From a virus (taxonomy: Duplodnaviria > Heunggongvirae > Uroviricota > Caudoviricetes): a DNA stretch of 35,403 bases. The notes below the pieces were generated by a model that did not search any database, was not told the DNA's origin, and worked only from the letters and a program-made list of their open reading frames with translations. Made by a program: the position numbers and the translations under genes. Numbering within the stretch: the stretch's first letter is position 1; every line of letters starts with the position of its first letter. The stretch lies in the IMG/VR virus record IMGVR_UViG_2648501437_000004. One strand, 5' to 3'. Below are positions 1 through 8,212 of this stretch, piece by piece.

Positions 1-398
1 CCAGAGCCGCGCCACTGATGCAGTCACTGTATGACTGGATACAGCAACAGATGAAAACACTGTCGCGTCACTCAGATACGGCAAAAGCGTTCGCATACCT
101 GCTGAAACAGTGGGATGCACTGAACGTGTACTGCAGTAATGGCTGGGTGGAAATCGACAACAACATCGCAGAGAACGCCTTACGGGGAGTGGCCGTAGGC
201 CGGAAAAACTGGATGTTCGCGGGTTCCGACAGCGGTGGTGAACATGCGGCGGTGTTGTACTCGCTGATCGGCACATGCCGTCTGAACAATGTGGAGCCAG
301 AAAAGTGGCTGCGTTACGTCATTGAACATATCCAGGACTGGCCGGCAAACCGGGTACGCGATCTGTTGCCCTGGAAAGTTGATCTGAGCTCTCAGTAA
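1..398 (+). CDS. IS66-family transposase (TnpC-like), C-terminal portion, 5'-partial
   Basis: Translation ...[59 protein letters not shown]... matches the conserved IS66 transposase C-terminal region; the frame is open to the window start. Confidence 0.85.
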   Translation, partial: RAAPLMQSLYDWIQQQMKTLSRHSDTAKAFAYLLKQWDALNVYCSNGWVEIDNNIAENALRGVAVGRKNWMFAGSDSGGEHAAVLYSLIGTCRLNNVEPEKWLRYVIEHIQDWPANRVRDLLPWKVDLSSQ

Positions 399-428
399 AT
401 ATCAATACGGTTCTGACGAGTCGCTTAC
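1..428 (+). mobile_element. IS66-family insertion sequence, right-end fragment (continues upstream of window)
   Basis: Transposase ORF ends at 398. 421-428 tcgcttac is the reverse complement of GTAAGCGA, matching the GTAAGCG terminus recalled for IS66-family inverted repeats. Exact end and target-site duplication not verifiable here. Confidence 0.6.
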
Positions 429-463
429 GGTATTTAAATGACATAGGGTTTTTATTCCCAAAT

Positions 464-486
464 AAAAAACCCCGCGATGCAGGGTT
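464..486 (-). terminator. Putative intrinsic terminator downstream of the TIR-like gene
   Basis: Minus-strand RNA has a short GC-containing hairpin (aaccc / gggtt around loop tgcatcgcg) followed by UUUUUAUUU. Stem is short, so weak. Confidence 0.35.
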
Positions 487-507
487 GTAATCAACAATAA
501 GGGGTAA

Positions 508-1269
508 TTACGAGGAAGCGTTAGCTATTTGAGCTTGTGTAAATTCGAAACCAGAATTTTGTAACCGTTGCACTAGACGAGGAACTGTTTCACGTACATG
601 GTCGTTGAAATTCAGATACAAAATCCCGTTAGCATCAGAAGGCTGTTCTAGGTGCTGTTTCTGAAGGATTGCTACATTGCTGCGCCCTAAGGACGAAAGA
701 AGCATACCCATCTCGAGTACAACGTTCTGTCTTGCGCGGGGTTGGATTTCTGCTTCACCGGCGCGCTTTGAGTATCCCATATCATCAGGTGTCAAAAGAA
801 CAATCCCGAAACGGGTAGCAGTTTGTCCTTGCCCAATTTCACGTTCAAGCTCTTCAATAATGGTGAGTCCAGTCCCTCCCGTATTCTGCAAAATGAAATG
901 GTCTGGTAATCCAAGTTTATGAAGGATTAGCTCAAGTTGCTCCTTTGCAGTATGGTCATGGCCGTGAACAATGAATATCTTTTTGGGGAGCTCAGATGGC
1001 TGTTCTACGGCTAGTGGTGTTGCCGTGGGCGGCGTTCCTAAATGGGTCATTATTGCAGTTTCAACATTGGGACGTTCTTGAGGGTTACCTTGAAACTGAA
1101 TGGTCCGGGTGGTGTAAAGGTTAACAATTACGCCATTCGTTAAACGATAGCAGTCACAAGTCTCACGCTGTTCGTGGGAAAAATTGGTGAACCCACACTC
1201 CCTCAAAAAGTCAGGAAAAGTTTCTCTCGAGTATGGATAGGTGATCGGCATTTCAGTTAGTTCCTGCAT
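508..1269 (-). CDS. TIR-like domain protein (COG4271/PF10137-type predicted nucleotide-binding TIR-like domain) with an unknown ~90-aa N-terminal domain
   Basis: ATG at 1267-1269 with AAAGGA Shine-Dalgarno. C-terminal half KIFIVHGHDHTAKEQLELILHKLGLPDHFILQ...TIIEELE...FGIVLLTPDDMG matches the FIVHGHD...VLLTPDD signature recalled for this TIR-like family. GC is visibly lower than the adjacent polymerase gene. Confidence 0.55.
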   Translation of the reverse strand: MQELTEMPITYPYSRETFPDFLRECGFTNFSHEQRETCDCYRLTNGVIVNLYTTRTIQFQGNPQERPNVETAIMTHLGTPPTATPLAVEQPSELPKKIFIVHGHDHTAKEQLELILHKLGLPDHFILQNTGGTGLTIIEELEREIGQGQTATRFGIVLLTPDDMGYSKRAGEAEIQPRARQNVVLEMGMLLSSLGRSNVAILQKQHLEQPSDANGILYLNFNDHVRETVPRLVQRLQNSGFEFTQAQIANASS

Positions 1270-1333
1270 AAGTATTGTTCCTTTAATTTACTCGAATTCA
1301 GCATGTCGCCATAGCTCGATAAGGTGAGTTATA

Positions 1334-3397
1334 TCAATCTTTTTTGTAGTGGTACGCCTCAAAACCGCCAGCGTTCAGTAGGATATCGGGCGCCCATTCG
1401 GGGTCAGTGGAGAGAAGCGCGGAAAGCGCTTTATCGTTGAAATCTTCTGTGTCAGGTGCTTCGGTGATCACCTCGTCGTGTACCGTCAGCACAATGCTGT
1501 AACCGGCATCTTCGATAAGCGGCATGTTTCCGGCCAGAATGTCGCGGGCGGCCGCCTGGGTGATGTTCTCCACCAGCTTTCCGCCGTAGGTTTTGAGTCG
1601 TTGCCATTTACGCGAATAAGAGTTAACCCCCATGTAGGTGATATTCCCTTTTTCGATAACCGGAGACGGGTAGCATACAGCGCGTCCGGATGGTAGCTGT
1701 ATGCGCAGCCACGCGCCATCGCGGCGGATTTTAAGATAACCGCAATACAATGTTTTTTGCGGTGTGGCGATTGCAGTGCGGACGGTGCGCTCCAGTTCGT
1801 ACCAGAAATCACAGGTCGCGGGATGCGCCCGGCGCCAGAGACGTTTAAGTGAGTCGCAGGCGATAAATACCCGTTCAGAAAGCCCGTAGGTTGACTTGCG
1901 TTTAACCGATTCGTCGTACCAGCTTTTCGCCTCGCGGATAACATCGCGGGGAATGTTTGGTAGTGCGGCGTTCGCCAGCTCGTCGAGATCGAGACCGTAA
2001 ACCAGTGCAAAAGTGATGAAGGCCGACACACCACCACCATAACCCAGACCGAGTTCCATGACTTTACCGATCTGACGCATGTGTTTATCAACATCATCTG
2101 GTGCAATATCGAAAGCTTTTGCATACGCCAGTTTATATAAGTCCGGACCCGTTCCGGCGTCGTACTCTCTGAATGCATTCAGTTTCCATTCTTCTCCCGC
2201 CAGCCATGCCAGCATACGGCCTTCAATGTTCGACAAGTCACTTACCACCAGCTTTTTGCCTGTTGGCGCGATAATGCAGCCACGTAACGCTGAACTGGTT
2301 AGTTCCATGATATTGTCAAACAGCAGGTCTGCACATCCGGCTTTCAGTGCTTCGATGCCTTCGTCTATTTGTTCCTGTTTTAGTGAAGGGCGGGGAAGGT
2401 TCTGGGGCTGGAATAGCCGTCCGGCCCAACGACCGGTACGTGACGCCCCGCAGAACTGTAGCGTACCGCGTAAGCGCCCGTCGTGGCTTACGCCTTTCAT
2501 CAGTGCCTTGTATTTACTGGTGCTGGTAGTACTGGCCTGCAGGCGGATAGCCAGCAGTTCTTTCACGGCAGATGGTAAATCGGGGTCGGCAATACGACGT
2601 TCCAGAGTACTGCGTTGCATGTCTGGTAGCTCCACACCGTAGGATTCAACAATGTGCTTAATCAACGCGTCTCGTTGTGTGGCTGCCTGCACTTCGCCAT
2701 CAGTCATTTCCTGTGTACGCTTTGCCAGGCGCTTTTGCTCCTGGTCTACCGCTTCGATCGCAGCGCGCGCGAGTTGAATGTCCATGCAGACGCCCCGGTC
2801 GTTGATCTGCTGATCACGATGCCAGAGCGCCAGTTCTGTCCCCTGATAATTCCACTTCGGCAGACGTTTATAGACTTCGCGCATTGCCTCGATATCCAGT
2901 CCGGCGTAAGCAACAAAGCGCCGCCATTCTTCCGGGTGGGTTTTACTGGTGGCCCGACGCAGTTTGCTGTTTTTCGGGCGTGGCTTACAGAACAGCTGGA
3001 TCAGCGCTTTACCTTCTTTGTCCTTCGCTTTGTCTTGCGGGACGCCGAGTATTTCGCAGAGTTCCCCCAGAGACCCCGGGAGGCCGTGCGCCAGCGCCTG
3101 CACCATTGTGTCGCGCCAACGTTCGACTGGCGGTGCCAGGCGCGGCATTGCATAACGCAGAACGGTGCGGTCGAAGTGAGAGTTATGGAAATAAAGCAGG
3201 GTTTCAGGGTCTGCGATTGCTTCGTATAAGCCGTGTGGAATACCACCACCGGCAGTGATATCCCACACGTTTACTGGCCCGTCGTTGATAGCCCATGCGA
3301 AAAGCATCACTTCAACGCCTTCGGCATACGCATGGGTACCGTTCGTAATAGGGATTTCGCAATAGGTTTCCAGGTCGCCCCATAGTATATTGGACAT
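1334..3397 (-). CDS. Family A DNA polymerase (Pol I-like, phage type) with N-terminal 3'-5' exonuclease-like region
   Basis: 687 aa, ATG at 3395-3397 with AAGG Shine-Dalgarno. Motif A-like [21 protein letters not shown], motif B-like [16 protein letters not shown], motif C-like VHDE. Confidence 0.85.
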   Translation of the reverse strand: MSNILWGDLETYCEIPITNGTHAYAEGVEVMLFAWAINDGPVNVWDITAGGGIPHGLYEAIADPETLLYFHNSHFDRTVLRYAMPRLAPPVERWRDTMVQALAHGLPGSLGELCEILGVPQDKAKDKEGKALIQLFCKPRPKNSKLRRATSKTHPEEWRRFVAYAGLDIEAMREVYKRLPKWNYQGTELALWHRDQQINDRGVCMDIQLARAAIEAVDQEQKRLAKRTQEMTDGEVQAATQRDALIKHIVESYGVELPDMQRSTLERRIADPDLPSAVKELLAIRLQASTTSTSKYKALMKGVSHDGRLRGTLQFCGASRTGRWAGRLFQPQNLPRPSLKQEQIDEGIEALKAGCADLLFDNIMELTSSALRGCIIAPTGKKLVVSDLSNIEGRMLAWLAGEEWKLNAFREYDAGTGPDLYKLAYAKAFDIAPDDVDKHMRQIGKVMELGLGYGGGVSAFITFALVYGLDLDELANAALPNIPRDVIREAKSWYDESVKRKSTYGLSERVFIACDSLKRLWRRAHPATCDFWYELERTVRTAIATPQKTLYCGYLKIRRDGAWLRIQLPSGRAVCYPSPVIEKGNITYMGVNSYSRKWQRLKTYGGKLVENITQAAARDILAGNMPLIEDAGYSIVLTVHDEVITEAPDTEDFNDKALSALLSTDPEWAPDILLNAGGFEAYHYKKD

Positions 3398-3443
3398 GTG
3401 TTTACCTTGGTTTTTATTCTATTAACTGATTAAAAGATTAATT

Positions 3444-4073
3444 ATGCATATGATCCAATACTTGATTGACCATACAGAGCATCTGGAGAAAATAGCTGGA
3501 TATATTTTTTCATGTTTGATTGTTATGGGAGTCTGGATAAGAAAGATTATTTTTAATTATAAGTATAAAGAGCCTAAATATGTTAAGAAGTTAATTTTAT
3601 ATTTAGTTAAGTATGAACGTTATCTGGATGAGGAGGATAAGAGTGCCATAGAAAAAAGAATAAATGATAAAATTATTCGTGATGCGCTGAAATTGCAATC
3701 ATCTTATAACCGAAGAGATGTTATTTACATTTGCAATAGATTAGAAAAAAGACAGTATATAAATCAGTTGATTAAGCTTCAGAATTATATAGAGAAAGAT
3801 AACGGAGTGTTTTTTATTAATGTTGATTTTTCAGGTTTTTTATTTATTATTAGTCGTCTGTTTTCCTTTCTGTGTTTTGTGCTGTTTACCCTTTTTTCTA
3901 TTATCTGCATTATTTCCATAGGGCAAAATGAAGGCCTTTTAAATTATCTTGTGTATATGGTTATGATAATAGTTTTAGAGACTGTTGGTTTTTGGATGTA
4001 TGATACTTTCCCGTCTAAGAAAAAGATCTGTGAACTAAATAAAGAATTGAGAAAGATTAAGATTCCTGAGTGA
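3444..4073 (+). CDS. AT-rich hypothetical membrane protein (accessory/moron gene)
   Basis: 209-aa ORF opposite to the flanking operon. GC roughly 25-35% by hand count versus about 50-55% around it. Hydrophobic segments IAGYIFSCLIVMGVWI, FLFIISRLFSFLCFVLFTLFSIICIISIG and LVYMVMIIVLETVGFWMY; Lys/Glu-rich soluble middle. Confidence 0.7.
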   Translation: MHMIQYLIDHTEHLEKIAGYIFSCLIVMGVWIRKIIFNYKYKEPKYVKKLILYLVKYERYLDEEDKSAIEKRINDKIIRDALKLQSSYNRRDVIYICNRLEKRQYINQLIKLQNYIEKDNGVFFINVDFSGFLFIISRLFSFLCFVLFTLFSIICIISIGQNEGLLNYLVYMVMIIVLETVGFWMYDTFPSKKKICELNKELRKIKIPE

Positions 4074-4125
4074 TTATACGCCTAATCAGTAGCCCGGTGT
4101 TTAACCGGGCGTCTATGAAGTAGGG

Positions 4126-4674
4126 TTAAATTAGTGCTTCAGCATCAGCACCTTCGCTGATATCGTCGAAATCGTCAGCGCTTGCCACTCCGCCGCCAGC
4201 GAGTGCATCGCCGTCTCGCAGGAACTGGACTCCGCCGAGTGAGGCATTAATGCGTTTACCGAAATTATTGTCCTGTGCCCAGATATCGATAACGGCGTTT
4301 ACATAGCACCCTGCATAGGGACGTCCGTCAGCCTGAATAAGTGGCGAACGATCGCGATCAAGAACAGCTGGGCGCGCTTTGTTAGCAGCATTCAGGAAGA
4401 AATTACCGGGGAAGCCTTCATACTCTGCTTTTTCATCACCATCATGCAGGCACAGATTGAGTTTTTTCTCCAGCTGGTTATAAATGGGCTCCCACTTCTC
4501 TCCCCATTTTTCCTTCGCTACCTGCTTCATAGCTTTACGGATTTCTTCCAGTTGTGGGTGTTTGGGAGACATTAAAAATACTGCGGAGAAACGCGGATCG
4601 CCTTCGCCGTTTACAGTTTTAGCTTCAAACAGAGACGGGAAGGCCAGACGAACATTGTTCAGCTTCAGTTTCAT
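4126..4674 (-). CDS. DUF2815-type phage protein (predicted ssDNA-binding, SSB-like) with acidic C-terminal tail
   Basis: N-terminus MKLKLNNVRLAFPSLFE typical of DUF2815 as recalled; lies in a DUF2800/DUF2815/PolA replication module; acidic C-terminus ADDFDDISEGADAEALI. Confidence 0.7.
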   Translation of the reverse strand: MKLKLNNVRLAFPSLFEAKTVNGEGDPRFSAVFLMSPKHPQLEEIRKAMKQVAKEKWGEKWEPIYNQLEKKLNLCLHDGDEKAEYEGFPGNFFLNAANKARPAVLDRDRSPLIQADGRPYAGCYVNAVIDIWAQDNNFGKRINASLGGVQFLRDGDALAGGGVASADDFDDISEGADAEALI

Positions 4675-4689
4675 GGGTATTTCCTTAAA

Positions 4690-5991
4690 TCAGATGAGGT
4701 CTGCGGTTAGCGTATCGTCGGATACGTCGTCGAAATCATTTACAGGGTTGATATTGAGTGCGGGGCGTGGGTCTGACTCGGGAACGACGGTGGGTTTTCC
4801 ATCAGCTCGTGTTATCAGTGCCTCGACTTTTGACCAACGGCGCGGACTGGCCTTTTTGATAAGTTTTTCGGCTTTTGTGGGACTAATAAGTTTAAAGTCG
4901 AATACTTCTTCAGTTTTGTACCTGAACTGGTCCTTCAGAAGTGCGCGAGCTGCCTCTTCATCACTCCAGGCCCGGTTACCTTGTTTTCCTGTTACCAGTT
5001 TAAACCCCGGTACCGGATGTCCGGCATTGAGTTCATCGTGAACCCGGTCCCGTACTGCCTTTAGCCAGGATTCAATAAAGTCGGCCTGGCTATAGATCTC
5101 TGCAAGCTGCTCAATGGTTAACAGAGGTACACGTGCGCTGGCATTGGTGATTATTTCGCTGACAGGCTTTGTCAGATCTTCAAAATCGCTGGCCGCTGTT
5201 TGTAAATGCTGCATTTTCTGGGCAGTGCAAATAGCTTTTGCTTTACAGAAGCGGCACTGTTTTTCTCCAGGTATGAAGTTTTCCAGCGGTAGTGTCTCAA
5301 TGCCTTCGCATTCAGCAATATTGAGAACAAGGATCGCACTGGTTGCGGCCTCCAGTGCCCGTTCACCGAAAGACTGAAGTTCCTGTACGGTTAACGACCA
5401 TTCTGAAACGTGGTTGAGCCTTGGCTGGTGAATAAATAATCTTACAGTCTCAAAGTCATACAGCATGCTGAATTGTTCGAGAGCACCCAGAGCATACAGT
5501 TGTAGTTGCTCATTTTGTTCTGCATCAATGCGGACGCCTTTGCCATATTTCAGGTCGTGGATTTGTAATTCGTTACCAGCGATGATTATGCCGTCGGCAG
5601 TTCCGAAAGATTCTTCCACACCCGTTATATGTGAGAAATCAACACGTTGTTCAACCAATAGTTCATTATTCTGTGCAAGAGTCCAGACCGTATCAACATA
5701 CCGGCCGACGGCTTCGACCATTTCATCATCCACCTGTGGGCCAGATGTATCATCAGGATTTTCGCGAAGGGGGTATGAGCCGAGAAACATAGAAACATTG
5801 CATCCGGCGTAGTGTTCCGGGTGGCTTTGCCTGTTTCGTAGAACTTTTTCAGCAAGCGCGTGCGCTGTAGTGCCCTCGATTGCAAAAGTTGTTTCTTTAT
5901 CCGGTTGTGTGGCCTCCAGCGCCAGACTTCCTGGGCAGCGCATCCATCGATGCGCTGATGATGGAGAAAGTTGTGCGTGAACGTCTGGCAT
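4690..5991 (-). CDS. DUF2800-type PD-(D/E)XK nuclease (Cas4/RecB-like) with C-terminal Cys cluster and acidic tail
   Basis: N-terminal [15 protein letters not shown] motif; cysteine cluster [10 protein letters not shown]; acidic C-terminus [16 protein letters not shown]; co-directional with polymerase. Confidence 0.75.
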   Translation of the reverse strand: MPDVHAQLSPSSAHRWMRCPGSLALEATQPDKETTFAIEGTTAHALAEKVLRNRQSHPEHYAGCNVSMFLGSYPLRENPDDTSGPQVDDEMVEAVGRYVDTVWTLAQNNELLVEQRVDFSHITGVEESFGTADGIIIAGNELQIHDLKYGKGVRIDAEQNEQLQLYALGALEQFSMLYDFETVRLFIHQPRLNHVSEWSLTVQELQSFGERALEAATSAILVLNIAECEGIETLPLENFIPGEKQCRFCKAKAICTAQKMQHLQTAASDFEDLTKPVSEIITNASARVPLLTIEQLAEIYSQADFIESWLKAVRDRVHDELNAGHPVPGFKLVTGKQGNRAWSDEEAARALLKDQFRYKTEEVFDFKLISPTKAEKLIKKASPRRWSKVEALITRADGKPTVVPESDPRPALNINPVNDFDDVSDDTLTADLI

Positions 5992-5993
5992 GA

Positions 5994-6896
5994 TTAACCC
6001 TCCAGTGCTTTTTCAGCCAGGGTGATTACTTCAGCGAGATTTTCATCCGTTACTTCACCAAGTTTCCTGGCTCCCTGTTTTTCCAGAATTGCAATAGCTT
6101 CTGCCCGGTAGCCCCCTTTTGCTAACTGGAGGATCAACCCTTCAGCTTGTTTGCGTAGTGCCGCGAAATCAATTGTATGGTCATCTTTGGCGTCATTATT
6201 CTGGCTGGAATTTGCTGCGTCTCTGCGTGCAAATTCTTCCTGCAGCTGAAGGTACTCAACACGGTTGATCTCGATATGGCCTTTTTTAAGCATCTCGTTC
6301 AACTTGCGTAAGGTGTGGAGTTCACTGGCTGCTGTGCCGGATACATTTTTGACGTAAAACGGCCCCGTGCGTTCTCCATCTTTGTTACTGGCCTTTTTCG
6401 GCTTAACTTCATCACGCCCATCTGCAGGTGCATCAAGTAGCTGCTCGGCAAAAGCACGTCGCTCGCCGATGGTTGGCAGGTCGTCCCAGAACTTAAGGAT
6501 GTTACGGGACAGGTCCAGGAGAGCAGGTTTAAGCAGCGCCCTGGCTCGTTTGACGCCCTGCAATGCGCTGTCGAGAGCATCAATCTGAACTACTCGTTTA
6601 TCGCCTTCAGCATCACGGTAGGCAACAGCACGTTGCAGCATATCTTCTGTGATAGGGGTGGCTACCGGGTAGAAACCAGCCAGTGCGATAACGTCGCTGA
6701 ACTCCAGATCATCCAGTGTCATTGCCGCTGACATATTTTCAGTTTCAGTTGCTGTATCCCGACATTCCTGCACTCGTGAAATCGTGTCAGGATGCATAAC
6801 AATACCTGATGCCATTGTGCGGATAAGACGTTCAAGCAGCGCATTATGTTGTGCCAGAAGTTGATTATTAAGTTCTAGACTGGTTTCTAAACTCAT
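5994..6896 (-). CDS. Hypothetical phage early protein (300 aa)
   Basis: ATG at 6894-6896; stop-start overlap with upstream small ORF; tight coupling (2-nt gap) to the nuclease gene. No family recognised. Confidence 0.65.
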   Translation of the reverse strand: MSLETSLELNNQLLAQHNALLERLIRTMASGIVMHPDTISRVQECRDTATETENMSAAMTLDDLEFSDVIALAGFYPVATPITEDMLQRAVAYRDAEGDKRVVQIDALDSALQGVKRARALLKPALLDLSRNILKFWDDLPTIGERRAFAEQLLDAPADGRDEVKPKKASNKDGERTGPFYVKNVSGTAASELHTLRKLNEMLKKGHIEINRVEYLQLQEEFARRDAANSSQNNDAKDDHTIDFAALRKQAEGLILQLAKGGYRAEAIAILEKQGARKLGEVTDENLAEVITLAEKALEG

Positions 6897-7042
6897 ACTG
6901 TGGTCCTCGCTACAAGGAGAATGAAAGTGATGATCAGACCGAGCGCAGTGGCAACGGCCAGACCGGTCATCAAATCGAAGTTTTTACGGCGATAACGGAG
7001 AACATCGCGCCCCGTCAGTCGATGGATGTGTTCAGGTTTCAT
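6893..7042 (-). CDS. Small protein with C-terminal transmembrane helix, first gene of leftward early operon
   Basis: ATG at 7040-7042 preceded by AAGGA; C-terminal hydrophobic helix LAVATALGLIITFILLV. Alternative starts at 7063 (ATG) and 7075 (GTG) lack a Shine-Dalgarno. Confidence 0.4.
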   Translation of the reverse strand: MKPEHIHRLTGRDVLRYRRKNFDLMTGLAVATALGLIITFILLVARTTV

Positions 7043-7101
7043 CGGTTGTATTCCTTTTTTCATATCGGGGAGCACGCTGTTGCGAGTGCGCTTTCAGACA
7101 T

Positions 7102-7126
7102 AAAAAAGCCCGTCACTTGCGGCGGG
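7102..7126 (-). terminator. Putative intrinsic terminator upstream of the leftward early operon
   Basis: Minus-strand RNA gcccg-ccgcaagtga-cgggc followed by UUUUUUA. It sits between the PL-like promoter region and the first early-left gene. Confidence 0.45.
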
Positions 7127-7201
7127 CAAAGACTACACACAGCAATTACATGGATATCATCGAGTGCCTGCTTTTAACCACATCAGGCGAGGTGGTTCTC
7201 C

Positions 7202-7250
7202 TTGTACCCCTACAGTGAGAAATCGTCTAATATCTCTTCACCCCTACAGT
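7202..7250 (+). promoter_or_regulatory. Putative promoter of gene 7267-7785 bracketed by CCCCTACAGT direct repeats
   Basis: -35-like TTGTAC (7202-7207), 18-nt spacer, -10-like TCTAAT (7226-7231). CCCCTACAGT at 7206-7215 and 7241-7250. Imperfect inverted repeat tctaatatctct / agagagattaga flanks the second copy. Confidence 0.35.
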
Positions 7251-7266
7251 TTGAGAGAGATTAGAT

Positions 7267-7785
7267 ATGTCTGAAGAAAAAGGAATTCTTTCCCGGATAA
7301 CTGAATCGTTATCCGGTGTGGGAGGAGCAATTAAAAGCGCGGTTGGAGCAGCAAGAGAGATTCAGAATCTGACTGTCGACTATGCAGTTAAAGAGAAGAC
7401 GCACATCTTACTCGATAAGCTAATGGATGTTCAGATGCAGCAAATGTCGCTTCAGGAGCTGCTGATTGCGGCTAAGGAGAAAATTGTTGAACTGGAAAAT
7501 GAGAAAGTAAAGCAAGAGAACTGGGCCGCTGAAGCGGCGAGCTATGAACTTTACCAGCCTATGCGGGGTACTCTGGTCTATCGCAGCAAGCTTTCTGCAG
7601 ATGCTGACCAATCTCCGGTTTATATTTGTCCCAATTGCTACGAGCAAAAGAGAAAATCTATATTGCAAGCGGAAGGTCTGGTTACTAAGCTAGGCCTTGG
7701 GCGAGTCGTTAATATGGTTTGTTCGTACTGTAGGGCTTCCTATCTGTTCAACCCGAAATGCTTTAGAGGCCCGACTGCCTTCTGA
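7267..7785 (+). CDS. Hypothetical protein with coiled-coil segment and C-terminal Cys4 zinc-ribbon-like motif
   Basis: 172 aa, ATG at 7267 with GAGAGAGA purine-rich Shine-Dalgarno. LQELLIAAKEKIVELENEKVKQE coiled-coil-like; CPNC...18 aa...CSYC. Convergent with CI and the PL-like transcript. Confidence 0.6.
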   Translation: MSEEKGILSRITESLSGVGGAIKSAVGAAREIQNLTVDYAVKEKTHILLDKLMDVQMQQMSLQELLIAAKEKIVELENEKVKQENWAAEAASYELYQPMRGTLVYRSKLSADADQSPVYICPNCYEQKRKSILQAEGLVTKLGLGRVVNMVCSYCRASYLFNPKCFRGPTAF

Positions 7786-7887
7786 AGATGAAAATCCGGG
7801 GAAGGCAATCACGGATTACGATCCTTACAACCAGTAATTTCTTTAAGCATGGGTACCCTTCCGGTCACCCAGAGTTAAAGGAACTAA

Positions 7888-7909
7888 GCGCCCCATCATC
7901 GGGGCGTTT
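7888..7909 (+). terminator. Possible weak terminator downstream of gene 7267-7785
   Basis: cgcccc-atcatc-ggggcg hairpin followed by only TTT. Confidence 0.3.
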
Positions 7910-8099
7910 CAACTTGCGTGACTTATCAGTTCGTCGCGGTGTTGTCCTCTACGCTTACCGTACGCATACGGACTCGGCGCTTACCTCGATCCCATCGGGT
8001 GCTATTTCGTTTTGCCAGGAGCACTGCGGCTTACCTGTCACGCGGTTCTGTTTGTTAAAGAGCTGGTATTAGAAAATGCATTAATTATGCGGTATCGTA

Positions 8100-8128
8100 T
8101 TTATATGCGTTATGGGATTTTGTGTCAA
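8100..8128 (-). promoter_or_regulatory. PL-like leftward promoter with near-consensus sigma70 elements
   Basis: Minus strand reads TTGACA (plus 8123-8128), 17-nt spacer, TATAAA (plus 8100-8105). Overlapped by two tandem copies of a 17-bp operator-like motif (8086-8102, 8104-8120). Lies just past the cI terminator. Confidence 0.6.
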
Positions 8129-8157
8129 TACGAAAATGAATTATTTTGCAAATAAGA

Positions 8158-8182
8158 AAACCGCCCTTGTGGAGAGCGGTTT
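8158..8182 (-). terminator. Intrinsic terminator downstream of cI
   Basis: Minus-strand RNA aaaccgc-tctccacaagg-gcggttt followed by UCUUAUUU; about 30 nt after the cI stop. Confidence 0.5.
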
Positions 8183-8212
8183 GATCAGAGGTAAGTTATC
8201 AGACTGTAAAGG

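Noticed and set aside
68-289. 73-aa minus-strand ORF inside the IS66 transposase fragment
   Set aside because: Antisense to a strongly conserved transposase reading frame.
1478-3258. Multiple ORFs of 60-230 aa on both strands inside the polymerase gene (for example 1486-2178 minus, 2079-2642 plus, 2654-3229 plus)
   Set aside because: They overlap a long ORF with clear family A polymerase motifs and have compositionally biased translations typical of alternative-frame artefacts.
7420-7668. 82-aa minus-strand ORF antisense to gene 7267-7785
   Set aside because: Leu-rich low-complexity translation with no ribosome-binding site; the plus-strand ORF has the more protein-like sequence.
7953-8035. 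GGTAAGC repeats as IS66 inverted-repeat remnants
   Set aside because: The 7-mer resembles the IS66 terminus, but three short copies at 26- and 50-bp spacing with no adjacent transposase sequence look like a local regulatory repeat or coincidence.
7788-8072. 94-aa plus-strand ORF starting 3 nt after the stop of gene 7267-7785
   Set aside because: Arg/Ser/Thr-rich translation typical of a non-coding frame, no convincing Shine-Dalgarno, and it spans the GC-rich repeat and hairpin region better explained as an untranslated leader.
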